In this document: positions 9,984-19,073 of the stretch, piece by piece
How the letters are laid out: each line of letters opens with the position of its first letter
How positions within the stretch are numbered: position 1 is the first letter of the stretch
Translations under genes and position numbers: made by a program
NCBI GenBank assembly: GCA_963776835.1
Contig: CAVZOB010000011.1
Coordinates: 46,651 to 110,650, forward strand
Reading direction: 5' to 3'
Source of the DNA: an uncultured Pseudomonadota bacterium
Lineage (GTDB): Bacteria; Desulfobacterota; Desulfobulbia; Desulfobulbales; Desulfocapsaceae
Length of the DNA stretch: 64,000 nucleotides
The notes under the pieces: model-generated
Seen by the model: only the letters and a program-made list of their open reading frames with translations
The model's database searches: none
What the model was told of the DNA's origin: nothing

Positions 9984-10809
9984 GAACTACCTGCACAGAC
10001 TGAAAATGTTCTTCAGCTGGCTACCGGTAACGGTTGAGGCCGCATCGGCAACAGAGGTGAATCACTATATCGATTACTTGCTGGAAAAGAGGATGGCTCC
10101 ACGCAGTATTAACTGCCATCTTTCAGCAGTTCGTGGATTCTATGATTACCTCACCTATGAGGAAAAAGTACCATTGAACAATCCAGTTGCCAGAGGACAG
10201 ATGCTCCGTGAGCCCCATCCTCTTCCGAGATACCTTCATGACAACGAGCTCCAGCTGTTTCTGGAAAGTGTATCAAGTACCAGAGACCTTGCCATCTTTA
10301 TGTTGATGCTGCGCTGTGGTTTACGTGTCCAGGAGGTGGTTAACCTGACCCTTGACGTTATTGATTACAGACGCAGCCGGATTCTGGTCAAAGCCGGCAA
10401 AGGTGCCAGGGATCGAATCGTCTATATCAGCAATGATGCAGCAGTGGCACTGGCAAAGTACTTGAGGAAGAGACCAAAAACTAATGAGAAGCAGATCTTC
10501 CTGGCTGAGAAGGGACGCTGCAGAGGAAAACCGATCTCTGTCCGTGCAGTACAGAAACGGGTAGAGCATTATGCTCAGGAAAGTGGTGTGGCCGTAACTT
10601 GTCACAGGTTCCGGCATACGATGGCCACCAAATTACTGAATGCTGATGCTGATATCGTTTCGATTCAGGAACTGCTTGGTCATTCCAAAATCAAGACTAC
10701 CCAGCGTTACAGTAAATTGTTGAACCTGAAAGCCCAGCGTGATTATTTCAAAGCTATGGAGGTGGTGATGAGACAGACATCGACAAATCAATCTGGAATG
10801 AAAAACTGA
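9910..10809 (+). CDS. Tyrosine recombinase, XerC/D-like (B subunit of pair)
   Basis: Motifs are RDLAIFMLMLRCGLRVQEV, HRFRHTMAT and LLGHSKIKTTQRY. It overlaps the upstream recombinase by 74 nt in another frame. The start was chosen by alignment with the copy-2 protein (MNLIESIPSYKRYLRRKN). Confidence 0.85.
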   Translation: MNMTESILNYRQYLKRKNYSELTVKNYLHRLKMFFSWLPVTVEAASATEVNHYIDYLLEKRMAPRSINCHLSAVRGFYDYLTYEEKVPLNNPVARGQMLREPHPLPRYLHDNELQLFLESVSSTRDLAIFMLMLRCGLRVQEVVNLTLDVIDYRRSRILVKAGKGARDRIVYISNDAAVALAKYLRKRPKTNEKQIFLAEKGRCRGKPISVRAVQKRVEHYAQESGVAVTCHRFRHTMATKLLNADADIVSIQELLGHSKIKTTQRYSKLLNLKAQRDYFKAMEVVMRQTSTNQSGMKN

Positions 10810-10831
10810 GGTGACAATTCCGCTCCGCCAA

Positions 10832-10882
10832 GGGCCAATTCCTCCGACGAGCATTTGTTGGGCCCATTCTCGGAACTGGCCC
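10832..10882. repeat. Conserved hairpin of the two-recombinase unit (copy 1)
   Basis: Stem is GGGCCAATTCC/GGAACTGGCCC around the 29-nt loop TCCGACGAGCATTTGTTGGGCCCATTCTC. The same loop occurs in copy 2 with a different but complementary stem. Confidence 0.6.
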
Positions 10883-11233
10883 TTAACGGAGCTACCATCG
10901 GAGGAAAAACTTGACATCTGGGTACTAAATGACCAAAAATAGAGACAGGTAACACTACAATTTAAAAGAAAAAATAGGATCTATTACGTATATAGACTGT
11001 GAATCTCTAATTTTCAAAAAGTCAATATATCTCCTATAAGCCTTGACCTGTTCTGATTTTATTAATTTTCTGACACAAAAAAACATTTTTGAAAATAGGT
11101 ATTGGATGAGACCTTCCTGCCAAGACCCATCCGGCCAAAATAATTGTCACTAATTGACTGGTTGGATTTTTTTTCCGAGGGTAGCTTTGATGTTCAGTGT
11201 GGGATAGCGTGGGGGGAAAGAAAAATTTTGGCA

Positions 11234-11266
11234 CAAAAAAAGGGATTCAGATATAATCTGAATCCC
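11234..11266 (-). terminator. Rho-independent terminator after tRNA-fMet
   Basis: On the minus strand, GGGATTCAG-ATTATAT-CTGAATCCC is followed by TTTTTTT. Confidence 0.8.
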
Positions 11267-11278
11267 TTGAATTTGTTA

Positions 11279-11355
<77 letters not shown>

Positions 11356-11406
11356 ATGCATTGCGACAATATAGCAAATTGGGAGATTATGTCAAGAATA
11401 TTCTCC

Positions 11407-14371
11407 TTAAATTCTCCACTCAAGCAGGGCCACGGGGAATTGCTGTAAAATATCTCCCAGGAAAAGGACGCGGTCCGCGCTCCTCTCTTCTGGATGAGAC
11501 CTACCGGTAAAGATGTTGTGGTAGTGAATGCCTGTGGCATCCTCCGGGAGTTCGATGACGGTCTCTCCCCAGGCCGATCTGCCCAAGGGATTTGCCACAC
11601 CATCCCTGATAATGTGCGACAGGAATCGCGGCACGATGACGAGCACCTTTTTGCCTTCCATGGTCCGTGAGAAGGCGACTACTGATTCCGCCTGCTCTCC
11701 CTGCACCGACAGCGGGGTGTAGGAGCCCTGCTCGAAGATATCCCGGTTGTCCCGCCGGAAGGTGAGGGCCTTCCAGATGAGGAAGAGCTTGATGGCCCCG
11801 TCTTCCATGGCCGAGGAGATCCTCGGCCAGGGCGGAAGGCCCTATCTGCTGTTCCCTGGTCTGCAGATCCCGCAGGATTTCCATGCGCTCTGGCGAAATC
11901 CACGGGCCTCCTGTTGTCCGGGTCCACAAGGCTCAGGTCCCAGACCTCGCTGCCCTGGTAGAAGTCAGGCATCCCCGGAGAAGTGATCTTGAGCAGCGTC
12001 TGGGAGAGGGAGTTGAACATGCCCAGGCGGTTCACATAGCCGGCAAACTCCAGAAAGGAGCGGACAAAGGGGGTATCGCCGCCCCAAGGATGGCATCGAT
12101 AAAGGTATCCATTGCCTCCTCGTAGGCAGTGTCGGGGTTCATCCAGCTGCTGTTGACCTTGGCCTCGCGCAGGGCCTTGCGCATATAAGCTTTGATCCGC
12201 TGCCGAAATTCGCCGAATGCTTCCTCCCGGCAGGGCTATGGGGCCAGGCGCCGAGCAGGGTCTGGTAGAGGAGATACTCCTCGTTACGGGAGGGCGCCTG
12301 CTGACCGTCGATATCCTTCGCCGTGTGCGGTTGAACTGGCTCCAGGTGGTGAGCGCCTTGCGCCAGAGCTCGGGAATCTCCGAGAGCACATTGATGCGGG
12401 CGCGCGCATCCTCGCTCCGTTTGGTGTCATGGGTGGAGGTGGCGATCATGGCATGGGGGTAGCTCGCGAGCGTTCGCTGTTTCGCTGGTGGAACGGCGTC
12501 GACGGAAGGCCGAAACGGTCGGGGGCACCGCCCACTTCGTTTTAGGAGGCGAGCCGGTTATACACATAGGAGGCCGTATCCTCCACGCCTTTGGCCATTA
12601 CCGGGCCGCTGAGCTGCTGGAAGCGCATGACAAAATCAAGCCGCAGCTGCAGATCTTCTTCGTCCGAACCTGCTGGGACAGCGCAAGAGCAGGACATCAT
12701 GCAGAAAGTCGAATATGGAGGAGCCTATGGCTGGATTACGGCGTCTGGCCTTTGCCAGCGCCTGTTCGATCTTCTGGCGATCATCCTCGCTGATTTTCGC
12801 TGCTGCTGATATAGGTCCGGTAGACCGGGAAGAAGGCGATGACCTCCACCAGCGCCTTGGTGAGGCTGTTCAGGGTAAAGTCCCGGGTGTGCCGGTTGCG
12901 TTCGGAGATGGCGTTGAGGAAGTGGCTTAGGGTGTTGATCTCGCTCGACATGGAGACCTGCATGACCAGCCGCTTGGCCTCGGATGCCAACTCGGAGAAA
13001 TTTCGGTGGCTGTGGACGAAACGGCCGTAAAGGGTGTTAAAATTTCGGGCGTTGAGGTGGTCGACGAAGAGACCATTCACGCTGTTCAGAAAGGCATATC
13101 CGGTGGCGCCATGCATAGGCCAGTCCTGGGGGAGCCGCTCGTCCGTGCATGAGGATCTTTTCCCCGATGATATAGAATGGCGTGCACGGGAGAAGAACTT
13201 CCGTCCCATCGGCAGGAAGATTTGACCGATCCTTGAATATGCCTCTCGGTTGAGAGTGGCCAAGGACGAGCAGGCATTGGGCCTGGAGGCGATGGAGATA
13301 GGCGGCGGGGTTATAGAGGCCGTCAACGTGATCCACCCTCAGGCCGGTCACCTTGCCTTCGCCCACCAGGCTAAGGATGAAACGGTGGGTCTCGGCAAAG
13401 ACCTCCTCATCCTCGACCCGGATGGCGGCCAGCGCGTTGATGTCAAAGAATCGGCGGTAGTTAATCTCCTCCGTGGCTACCCGCCAGTGGGAGATGCGGT
13501 AGACCTGCTCGGCCAGAAGCCGGTCGAGCAGGTCAAAACTCTCCGCTATGCCCGGTCTGCCATTGAAGAGACGGATATTCTCGTCGATGAAGGCGGATAG
13601 TGCCGGGTAATCGGTGTAGAGTGCGGCAAGCCGACGTTTGATCACCTCCTTTTCCCGGTAGCGCTCCACCACCAGTTCCGGATCGGTTTCCGTATACACA
13701 GGCAGATGCTGGAGCGCGGTCATTATGCTCAGCAGTTCCTGGAAGGGGACACTGTCGCTGCCCATATCCTGCTCCAGAGTCTCCAGACGGTGGCTGAGGA
13801 TGTGCTCATAGGTCTTGGGGATGACAGGAAAAGTGTGTTCATAATAATGGAGGGAGAAGGCGCCATCGGCAAAGGTGATGAGCAGTTCGCCGTTCTCCAG
13901 GATATTGCCGTACTGATCCCCCAGGACCGGGATGAGGACCTTGTCTTTCAGCTCCTTCTTCACTGGATTCCAGGCAATATCAAAGGTGCGGGAATAGATC
14001 GAGCTGGGGCCGTTTTCCAGGAGATCCTGCCACCAGAGGTTCTCCTTACTTTCGACGCACATATGGTTCGGCACGATATCAAGAATCTGGCCCATGTTGA
14101 GTTCACTGAGCCGTAGGGTGAAGGATTCATATTCCTCGGCTGACCCGACTTCCGGGTTCAGGCTGTCATGGGCCACGATGTCGTAGCCATGGGTGCTGCC
14201 CGGGCGGGCCTTGAGATAAGGGGAGGCGTAGATGTCCGTCACCCCGAGGTCCCGCAGGTAGGGAAGGATGGCTGTGGCGTCCTGAAAACCGAAACCTCCA
14301 TGGAACTGCAGCCGGTAGGAGGCAGCGGGGATGCGTGGACAATGCTGGATAGAATGGGGAATGTTGTTCAT
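11407..14371 (-). pseudogene. treY: Maltooligosyl trehalose synthase TreY (several frameshifts in this sequence)
   Basis: The N-terminal 440 aa are intact (SYRLQFH..., DIYASPY..., GYDIV..., LDIVPNHM). The alignment then continues through ORFs 12781-13326, 11679-12449 and 11407-11808 in other frames (GATGYAFLN, FPVYRTYI, STHDTKRSEDARARI). Confidence 0.85.
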
Positions 14372-14488
14372 TGTTACCAGCCTCGGGTAAGAGTTTTTTT
14401 GATCCGGCGCTATGACCCTCAAAGGTTCTGGAAGCCTTGGGCCTAAAAAGCGTTCCAGCCGCAAGGAGGCGCACTCGACCATGTTTTT

Positions 14489-16384
14489 CTATATGGGTTC
14501 CGTTTGATCTGGCTGCAAGGTTTTATCTTTTAGGTCCAGCAGCACTACTACACTCAAGGGATTGCAGTCATATCTTGAGCGTATTGTTTTTCCGGCCTGA
14601 CTTGGCGGGAGAAGTCCGGGACCATCCCATTCGCGTGCAGAGGAGTCGAGGAGCAGCCGCCAGTCGGCGGAAGCTGGAAGATCGATGGTCAGGGGTCCGG
14701 TTTCGAAGTTCAGGATGCAGAGCGAGCGATGGCCGTCGATATTCCGGGTGAGCAGGAGCGCAGATGCTTGGCCGACGCGGGTTACGGAACAGTCCCGCCG
14801 TCTGCAGGCGCCCAGGCAGGGATTCCCTTTGCGGAGGGCAATGAGCCGGCGGTAAAAGTTGTGGAGCAGGCTGTGATGGCCCTGATGATGGCGGTCGATG
14901 TCGATGCGGCTCTTCTCGAAGGTGTCCTTGTCCTGGGGATCGGCAACCTCACCCTCCCAGGCGAAGGCGGCAAATTCCTTCTGGCGGCCGCTGCGTATTG
15001 CCTCAATGAGCGCCATATCGGAGTGATGGACGAAGTAGTGAAACGGTGCGGTCTCGCCGTACTCCTCGCCCATGAAAAGAAGCGGCAGAAAGGGCGAAAG
15101 CAGCACCGTTCCTGCAGCAAGCTTGAGCCGTTCCAGATCAAGGTGCTGGGCCAGACGTTCGCCATCCTTGCGGTTGCCGATCTGGTCATGGTTCTGGGCA
15201 CAGACTACAAAGTGCAGCGGGTCGATATCGCTGGCATCATTGCCATGCCGACGCTGTCGAAAAGTGGAATAGCCGCCGCTATACACGAAGCCCTCTCGAA
15301 AGGCGGTAAGGAGTTGTCCGAATTCCCCGAAGTCTTCATAATACCCTTGGCGTTCCTTGGTGAGCAGGGCATGGAGGACGTGATGAAAATCATCGTTCCA
15401 CTGGGCGTCGAGGTCGTAACCTCCTTCTTGGCGGGACCGAATAAGCCGTGAGTCGTTCAGATCGCTCTCGGCGATGACGTAAGCCTTCCGGCCGATCGTT
15501 GCGGAAAGCTGGTGGACCGCCTCCCCCAATTCATCGAGAATGTGCCGGGCGCTATTATCAAAGATGCCGTGCACCGCATCGAGGCGCAGGGCGTCGATAT
15601 GATATTCTTCGATCCAGAAGAGGGCGTTGCCGACAAAGTAATCCCGTACTCCGTCACTCTCCGGACCGTCGAAGTTGACTGCATCGCCCCAGGGAGTCTG
15701 GTATCGGTCGGTGAAATAGGGTCCAAAGGCATGAAAATAATTGCCTTCCGGACCAAGATGGTTGTAGACCACATCAAGGATGACGGCGATGCCCTGCCGG
15801 TGACAGGCGTCCACCAGGAGTTTAAGGCCGTCTTCTCCCCCATAGCTGGTTTGCACCGCAAAGGGGTACACGCCGTCATAGCCCCAGTTTCGCTCTCCTG
15901 GGAACTGGGCCACGGGCATGAGTTCCACTGCCGTGATCCCGAGTTCGGAGAGGTAGCCGAGCCGTTGTATAACGCCGGCAAAGGTGCCTTCCGGGCTAAA
16001 GGTGCCGGTATGAAGTTCATAGATAATGAAGTCTGCAAGAGTCATCCCCGTCCAGGAGGAATCCTGCCATCTATGGGAGGATGGCGCTAACACCTGCGAG
16101 GGGCCGTGAACCCCCTCGGGCTGGCAGCGCGAAGCAGGATCGGGCCGTTCCAGTGTGCCGTCGAGCAGGTAGGTGTAGAGATCACCCCCTGCCATGCCAG
16201 GGATGGTTCCACTGAAATAGCCTTTCCCTTCCGGTGCTAATGTCACCATCCTGCCCTCTCCGGAAATCTGCCGGACCTCCACTTGCCCCGCCCGTGGTGC
16301 CCAGACCCGGAAAAAGACGCCATCCTGAATCGGTATCGACCCGAGAAGCGGTGGTGGAGGTGCGGGATAGCGCCCTTGTCTCAT
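14489..16384 (-). CDS. treZ: Maltooligosyl trehalose trehalohydrolase TreZ (GH13)
   Basis: 631 aa, intact. GH13 motifs are ILDVVYNHLGPEGNY, DALRLDAVH, VIAESDLND and QNHDQIGNR. It lies adjacent to treY. Confidence 0.9.
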   Translation of the reverse strand: MRQGRYPAPPPPLLGSIPIQDGVFFRVWAPRAGQVEVRQISGEGRMVTLAPEGKGYFSGTIPGMAGGDLYTYLLDGTLERPDPASRCQPEGVHGPSQVLAPSSHRWQDSSWTGMTLADFIIYELHTGTFSPEGTFAGVIQRLGYLSELGITAVELMPVAQFPGERNWGYDGVYPFAVQTSYGGEDGLKLLVDACHRQGIAVILDVVYNHLGPEGNYFHAFGPYFTDRYQTPWGDAVNFDGPESDGVRDYFVGNALFWIEEYHIDALRLDAVHGIFDNSARHILDELGEAVHQLSATIGRKAYVIAESDLNDSRLIRSRQEGGYDLDAQWNDDFHHVLHALLTKERQGYYEDFGEFGQLLTAFREGFVYSGGYSTFRQRRHGNDASDIDPLHFVVCAQNHDQIGNRKDGERLAQHLDLERLKLAAGTVLLSPFLPLLFMGEEYGETAPFHYFVHHSDMALIEAIRSGRQKEFAAFAWEGEVADPQDKDTFEKSRIDIDRHHQGHHSLLHNFYRRLIALRKGNPCLGACRRRDCSVTRVGQASALLLTRNIDGHRSLCILNFETGPLTIDLPASADWRLLLDSSAREWDGPGLLPPSQAGKTIRSRYDCNPLSVVVLLDLKDKTLQPDQTEPI

Positions 16385-16546
16385 GAAACACCTTCTGGTG
16401 TCGGCATGGCCATTTTTTCTCCGAAATAGTTATTCCGTGTAGTTGCAATTTCCAGGGTGGTGTTTAAACCTGCCAAACCTCCTTATGCCGCTAGTCGCTG
16501 CCGTTCATCACCTGACTTTTTGAATGCCGCGGCGGAAAAGGCATGA

Positions 16547-17785
16547 TCAGATGTAAATGGTGGACGAATCCTCCTGGGAGGTCAGAATATGAAAAAGGGT
16601 AAGATATTCCTTGAGATGACGCGTGAGCAGAAAATTTTCACGTACAAACTCCCGTGCCTTGATCCCCATCTTCTTTCGGAGGGGTTCGTGGTGGAGCAGA
16701 AAGCGGATACGGTGCGCAGCCCCTTCTGGAGTGTTGACGAGAAAGCCCGTATGATAGTCCACCAGCTGTAGCCGAATGCCGCCGGTGTCGCCGCCGATAA
16801 CCGGCCTGCCCTTCCACAGACCTTCAGTAACCGTGAGGCCGAATCCCTCGCGGGTCGACTTCTGGATGATGATGTCGGCAAGCCGCTGGAGGGCATTGAT
16901 GGTCCGGTGGGCATCGGAAGGCAGCAACAGGACGTGAATATCGGGATCCCCCGCAGCCGCTTCCAGTACTTCATTGAACACCTCTTGCCCTTCGGGGTCG
17001 TCAGAGGCCCCGCCCCCGGCCAGCACTAACTGCACCGGTTGAAACTCCCGGACGAGTCGGTAGGCGGCAATGACGCCGAGAGGGTCCTTGAACCGATCGA
17101 AACGGGATATCTGGACCAGAAGCGGTTTGTCCGGATCAAGGTTGTACTTGTGGCGAACACTGGCCAACTCTTCCGGATCGAGGTCCACGTTTTTCGGGCT
17201 CAGAGGATCGATACTCGGCGGGATGAGATACTGGGGATGGGGCAGCGGCTGGGCAAACTGGCACATGGAGAAGATGCTCGCATCATAGCCGGAGATAAAG
17301 GGCCACAACCCACGCCAGACCAGACGCGCCGGACGGCTGATGTCGATATGGGCCCGCCAGATCCATTTTCCCTTCCGGTCGGGGCAGAGTCCCAGCAATG
17401 CCGCCGGTTGGGGGTCGTGGATCACCACCAGGTCAGCTTCTTCGAGAATCGCCCGAAGCCGGACAGCATTTTCCTCGTTCACCTCCCGGTATGTCTGCCA
17501 CTCACGGCTGGAGATGGTGACCGGGAAGCCCTGGAGACCGTTATGGAACTTTTTGGTGACAGCAAAAAATTCGCTGGTCCCTTTTATTACCTCCCACTGG
17601 ACATCAATCCCCACATCCTGCATGAGGGGGATCATCCAGCCGAGGATCTCCGCCACCCCGCCGCCGTTCCGGGTCGAGCTGACGTGCACCACCCTCCTGC
17701 CGGCCAGCCGTTCGCCCAACTGGCGGAGTTCCCTGATAACAGTGGCACTGACCAGCCCTTCGTAGCTCGAAAGGAGTTTGCTCAT
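16547..17785 (-). CDS. treT: Trehalose glycosyltransferring synthase TreT-like GT4 glycosyltransferase
   Basis: 412 aa. The N-terminus (HVSSTRNGGGVAEILGWMIPLMQDVGIDVQWEVIKG...FFAVTKKFHNGLQG) matches the TreT pattern from memory. A C-terminal GT1-type EGFGLTVTE motif is present. Confidence 0.75.
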   Translation of the reverse strand: MSKLLSSYEGLVSATVIRELRQLGERLAGRRVVHVSSTRNGGGVAEILGWMIPLMQDVGIDVQWEVIKGTSEFFAVTKKFHNGLQGFPVTISSREWQTYREVNEENAVRLRAILEEADLVVIHDPQPAALLGLCPDRKGKWIWRAHIDISRPARLVWRGLWPFISGYDASIFSMCQFAQPLPHPQYLIPPSIDPLSPKNVDLDPEELASVRHKYNLDPDKPLLVQISRFDRFKDPLGVIAAYRLVREFQPVQLVLAGGGASDDPEGQEVFNEVLEAAAGDPDIHVLLLPSDAHRTINALQRLADIIIQKSTREGFGLTVTEGLWKGRPVIGGDTGGIRLQLVDYHTGFLVNTPEGAAHRIRFLLHHEPLRKKMGIKAREFVRENFLLTRHLKEYLTLFHILTSQEDSSTIYI

Positions 17786-18429
17786 GATCCATCTCCTTTT
17801 TCCAGGGTCCTTACCAGCTCTTCCCGCAGTTCGCTTAAGCTAAAGAAGAAGAAATCAACCTTCTGCAACAACCTGCACCAGTTTTCCTGGTCGGAAAAAG
17901 AGGCGAGCCATGCGGAAAAATCGTCAATGCCCACCGGGTCGCGCCGCCGGGATTCGAGGAAATGATAGTAGATGCTGCCATTGGACATCCTGCCGATGGC
18001 CTCGGGCAAATTTTCCGGTGATGTGACCCGCAATCCGGTGTCAAAGACCACGGTCACGGCCTCGGTAAAGAAGAACTCCTTGCCATCCTGGCATGAAGGC
18101 GTGGTATGTATTTCACTCAGCCGCTCGTCGAGGATCTCGACCACTTCTTCCCGCAGTCTTTCCAGATCGGTAAAAATATAAGGGTTGATGATGCCCAGTC
18201 GCTCGGCAAGAACCCTGTCGCTCGCATGCAGCAGGGCCCAGACTGCGAAATCGTTCTTGTAGTCGGGGTTGTCGAAGCTGGGAACGAGCGGGGTCTCGCA
18301 AAAGTGGTGGTAAAGCACGTTTTGCCGGCAGGTGGCAATCCGGTCGCGTAACTCCCTGAGATTGATGGCGGGGGGGACATTGCTGGTTCTGCTGAGCAGC
18401 GTGCAGTCCTGAATGATGAAGTCTTCCAT
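17782..18429 (-). CDS. Conserved hypothetical protein translationally coupled to treT
   Basis: 215-aa intact ORF. Its stop overlaps the treT ATG (ATGA). No motif recognised. Confidence 0.55.
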   Translation of the reverse strand: MEDFIIQDCTLLSRTSNVPPAINLRELRDRIATCRQNVLYHHFCETPLVPSFDNPDYKNDFAVWALLHASDRVLAERLGIINPYIFTDLERLREEVVEILDERLSEIHTTPSCQDGKEFFFTEAVTVVFDTGLRVTSPENLPEAIGRMSNGSIYYHFLESRRRDPVGIDDFSAWLASFSDQENWCRLLQKVDFFFFSLSELREELVRTLEKGDGS

Positions 18430-18626
18430 GGTTCCTCCTTCCCCTCATAAATGGCGGCCCGGCAGGTGAGAAACCTGTCGGGCGCAAAAGGGTAACGGTT
18501 GTGGACGGAAACGCATCGGTGGACGTCCCATCCATGGCTGTTTCATGCAAGCTTATTGCTAAATAATAGCAGGATGGGAGGCAGGAATCAAATCTATTTG
18601 TGGCCCCTTCCCTTTCCGGGCGATAT

Positions 18627-19073
18627 TCAGCCTTGGGGCGAAGGGGGATTGGCAAGAAAGGGCTGTAGCTTGTGGGTGATGTCCGTTGGCAGGGGGGTCA
18701 GCCTTCCCTCACGGTTGACCGAGGCGTGGGTGGTGAAGCCCTTGGCCAGGAGGCGTGGGTTGCTGCTGCCGTCTTCTTCGCGCAGGATTCGGTAGCTGAA
18801 GGTGCAGGAGACCTTTTTCAGCCCGGTGAGACTGGTCTCGATGGTGAGCAGATCGTCATAACGGGCAGGGGCCTTGAAGCGAATATGGCATTCGGTAACC
18901 GGCAGGATGATTCCCAGTTGCTCAATATCGCGATAGCTACAGACCCAGGCACGCATGAACTCGGTCCTGCCCAGTTCAAAGTAACGCAGATAATTGGCAT
19001 TATAGACCACGGCTGCGGCGTCCGTGTCGCCATAGAGGACGCGGAGCTGGCTGCGGTGGATCGGATTATCCAT
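18627..19073 (-). CDS. YbgC/4HBT-family acyl-CoA thioesterase
   Basis: YGDTDAAAVVYNANYLRYFELGRTEFMR is a hot-dog thioesterase signature. ATG 19073 overlaps the upstream stop by 8 nt. Confidence 0.8.
   Translation of the reverse strand: MDNPIHRSQLRVLYGDTDAAAVVYNANYLRYFELGRTEFMRAWVCSYRDIEQLGIILPVTECHIRFKAPARYDDLLTIETSLTGLKKVSCTFSYRILREEDGSSNPRLLAKGFTTHASVNREGRLTPLPTDITHKLQPFLANPPSPQG

Larger units (their letters stand above)
8716..10992 (+). mobile_element. Two-tyrosine-recombinase mobile unit, copy 1
   Basis: Terminal inverted repeat is TATACGTAAT (8716-8725) with its reverse complement at 10983-10992. The same TATACGTAA ends and the same gene pair recur at 46095-48378. The 5' leader is also homologous (ATGGTATAAT.AGGTCAT.AAC.TCCTGTTTTTTCTATAAAAGAA). 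Confidence 0.7.

Noticed and set aside
10633-10917. ORFs 10633-10917 (minus) and 46136-46345 (plus) sharing the peptide FREWAQQMLVGGI.
   Set aside because: The shared peptide is only the translation of the conserved 29-nt loop plus stem. The rest of the two ORFs is unrelated, so the conservation is at the nucleotide/structure level, not at the protein level.
2232-11278. A direct repeat of the tRNA-fMet 3' end as the distal att site of the island.
   Set aside because: I scanned the island edges and inter-element junctions by eye and found no partial copy of TGGTAGCGGGGGCTGGATTCGAACC. The island boundary therefore remains compositional and gene-content based only.
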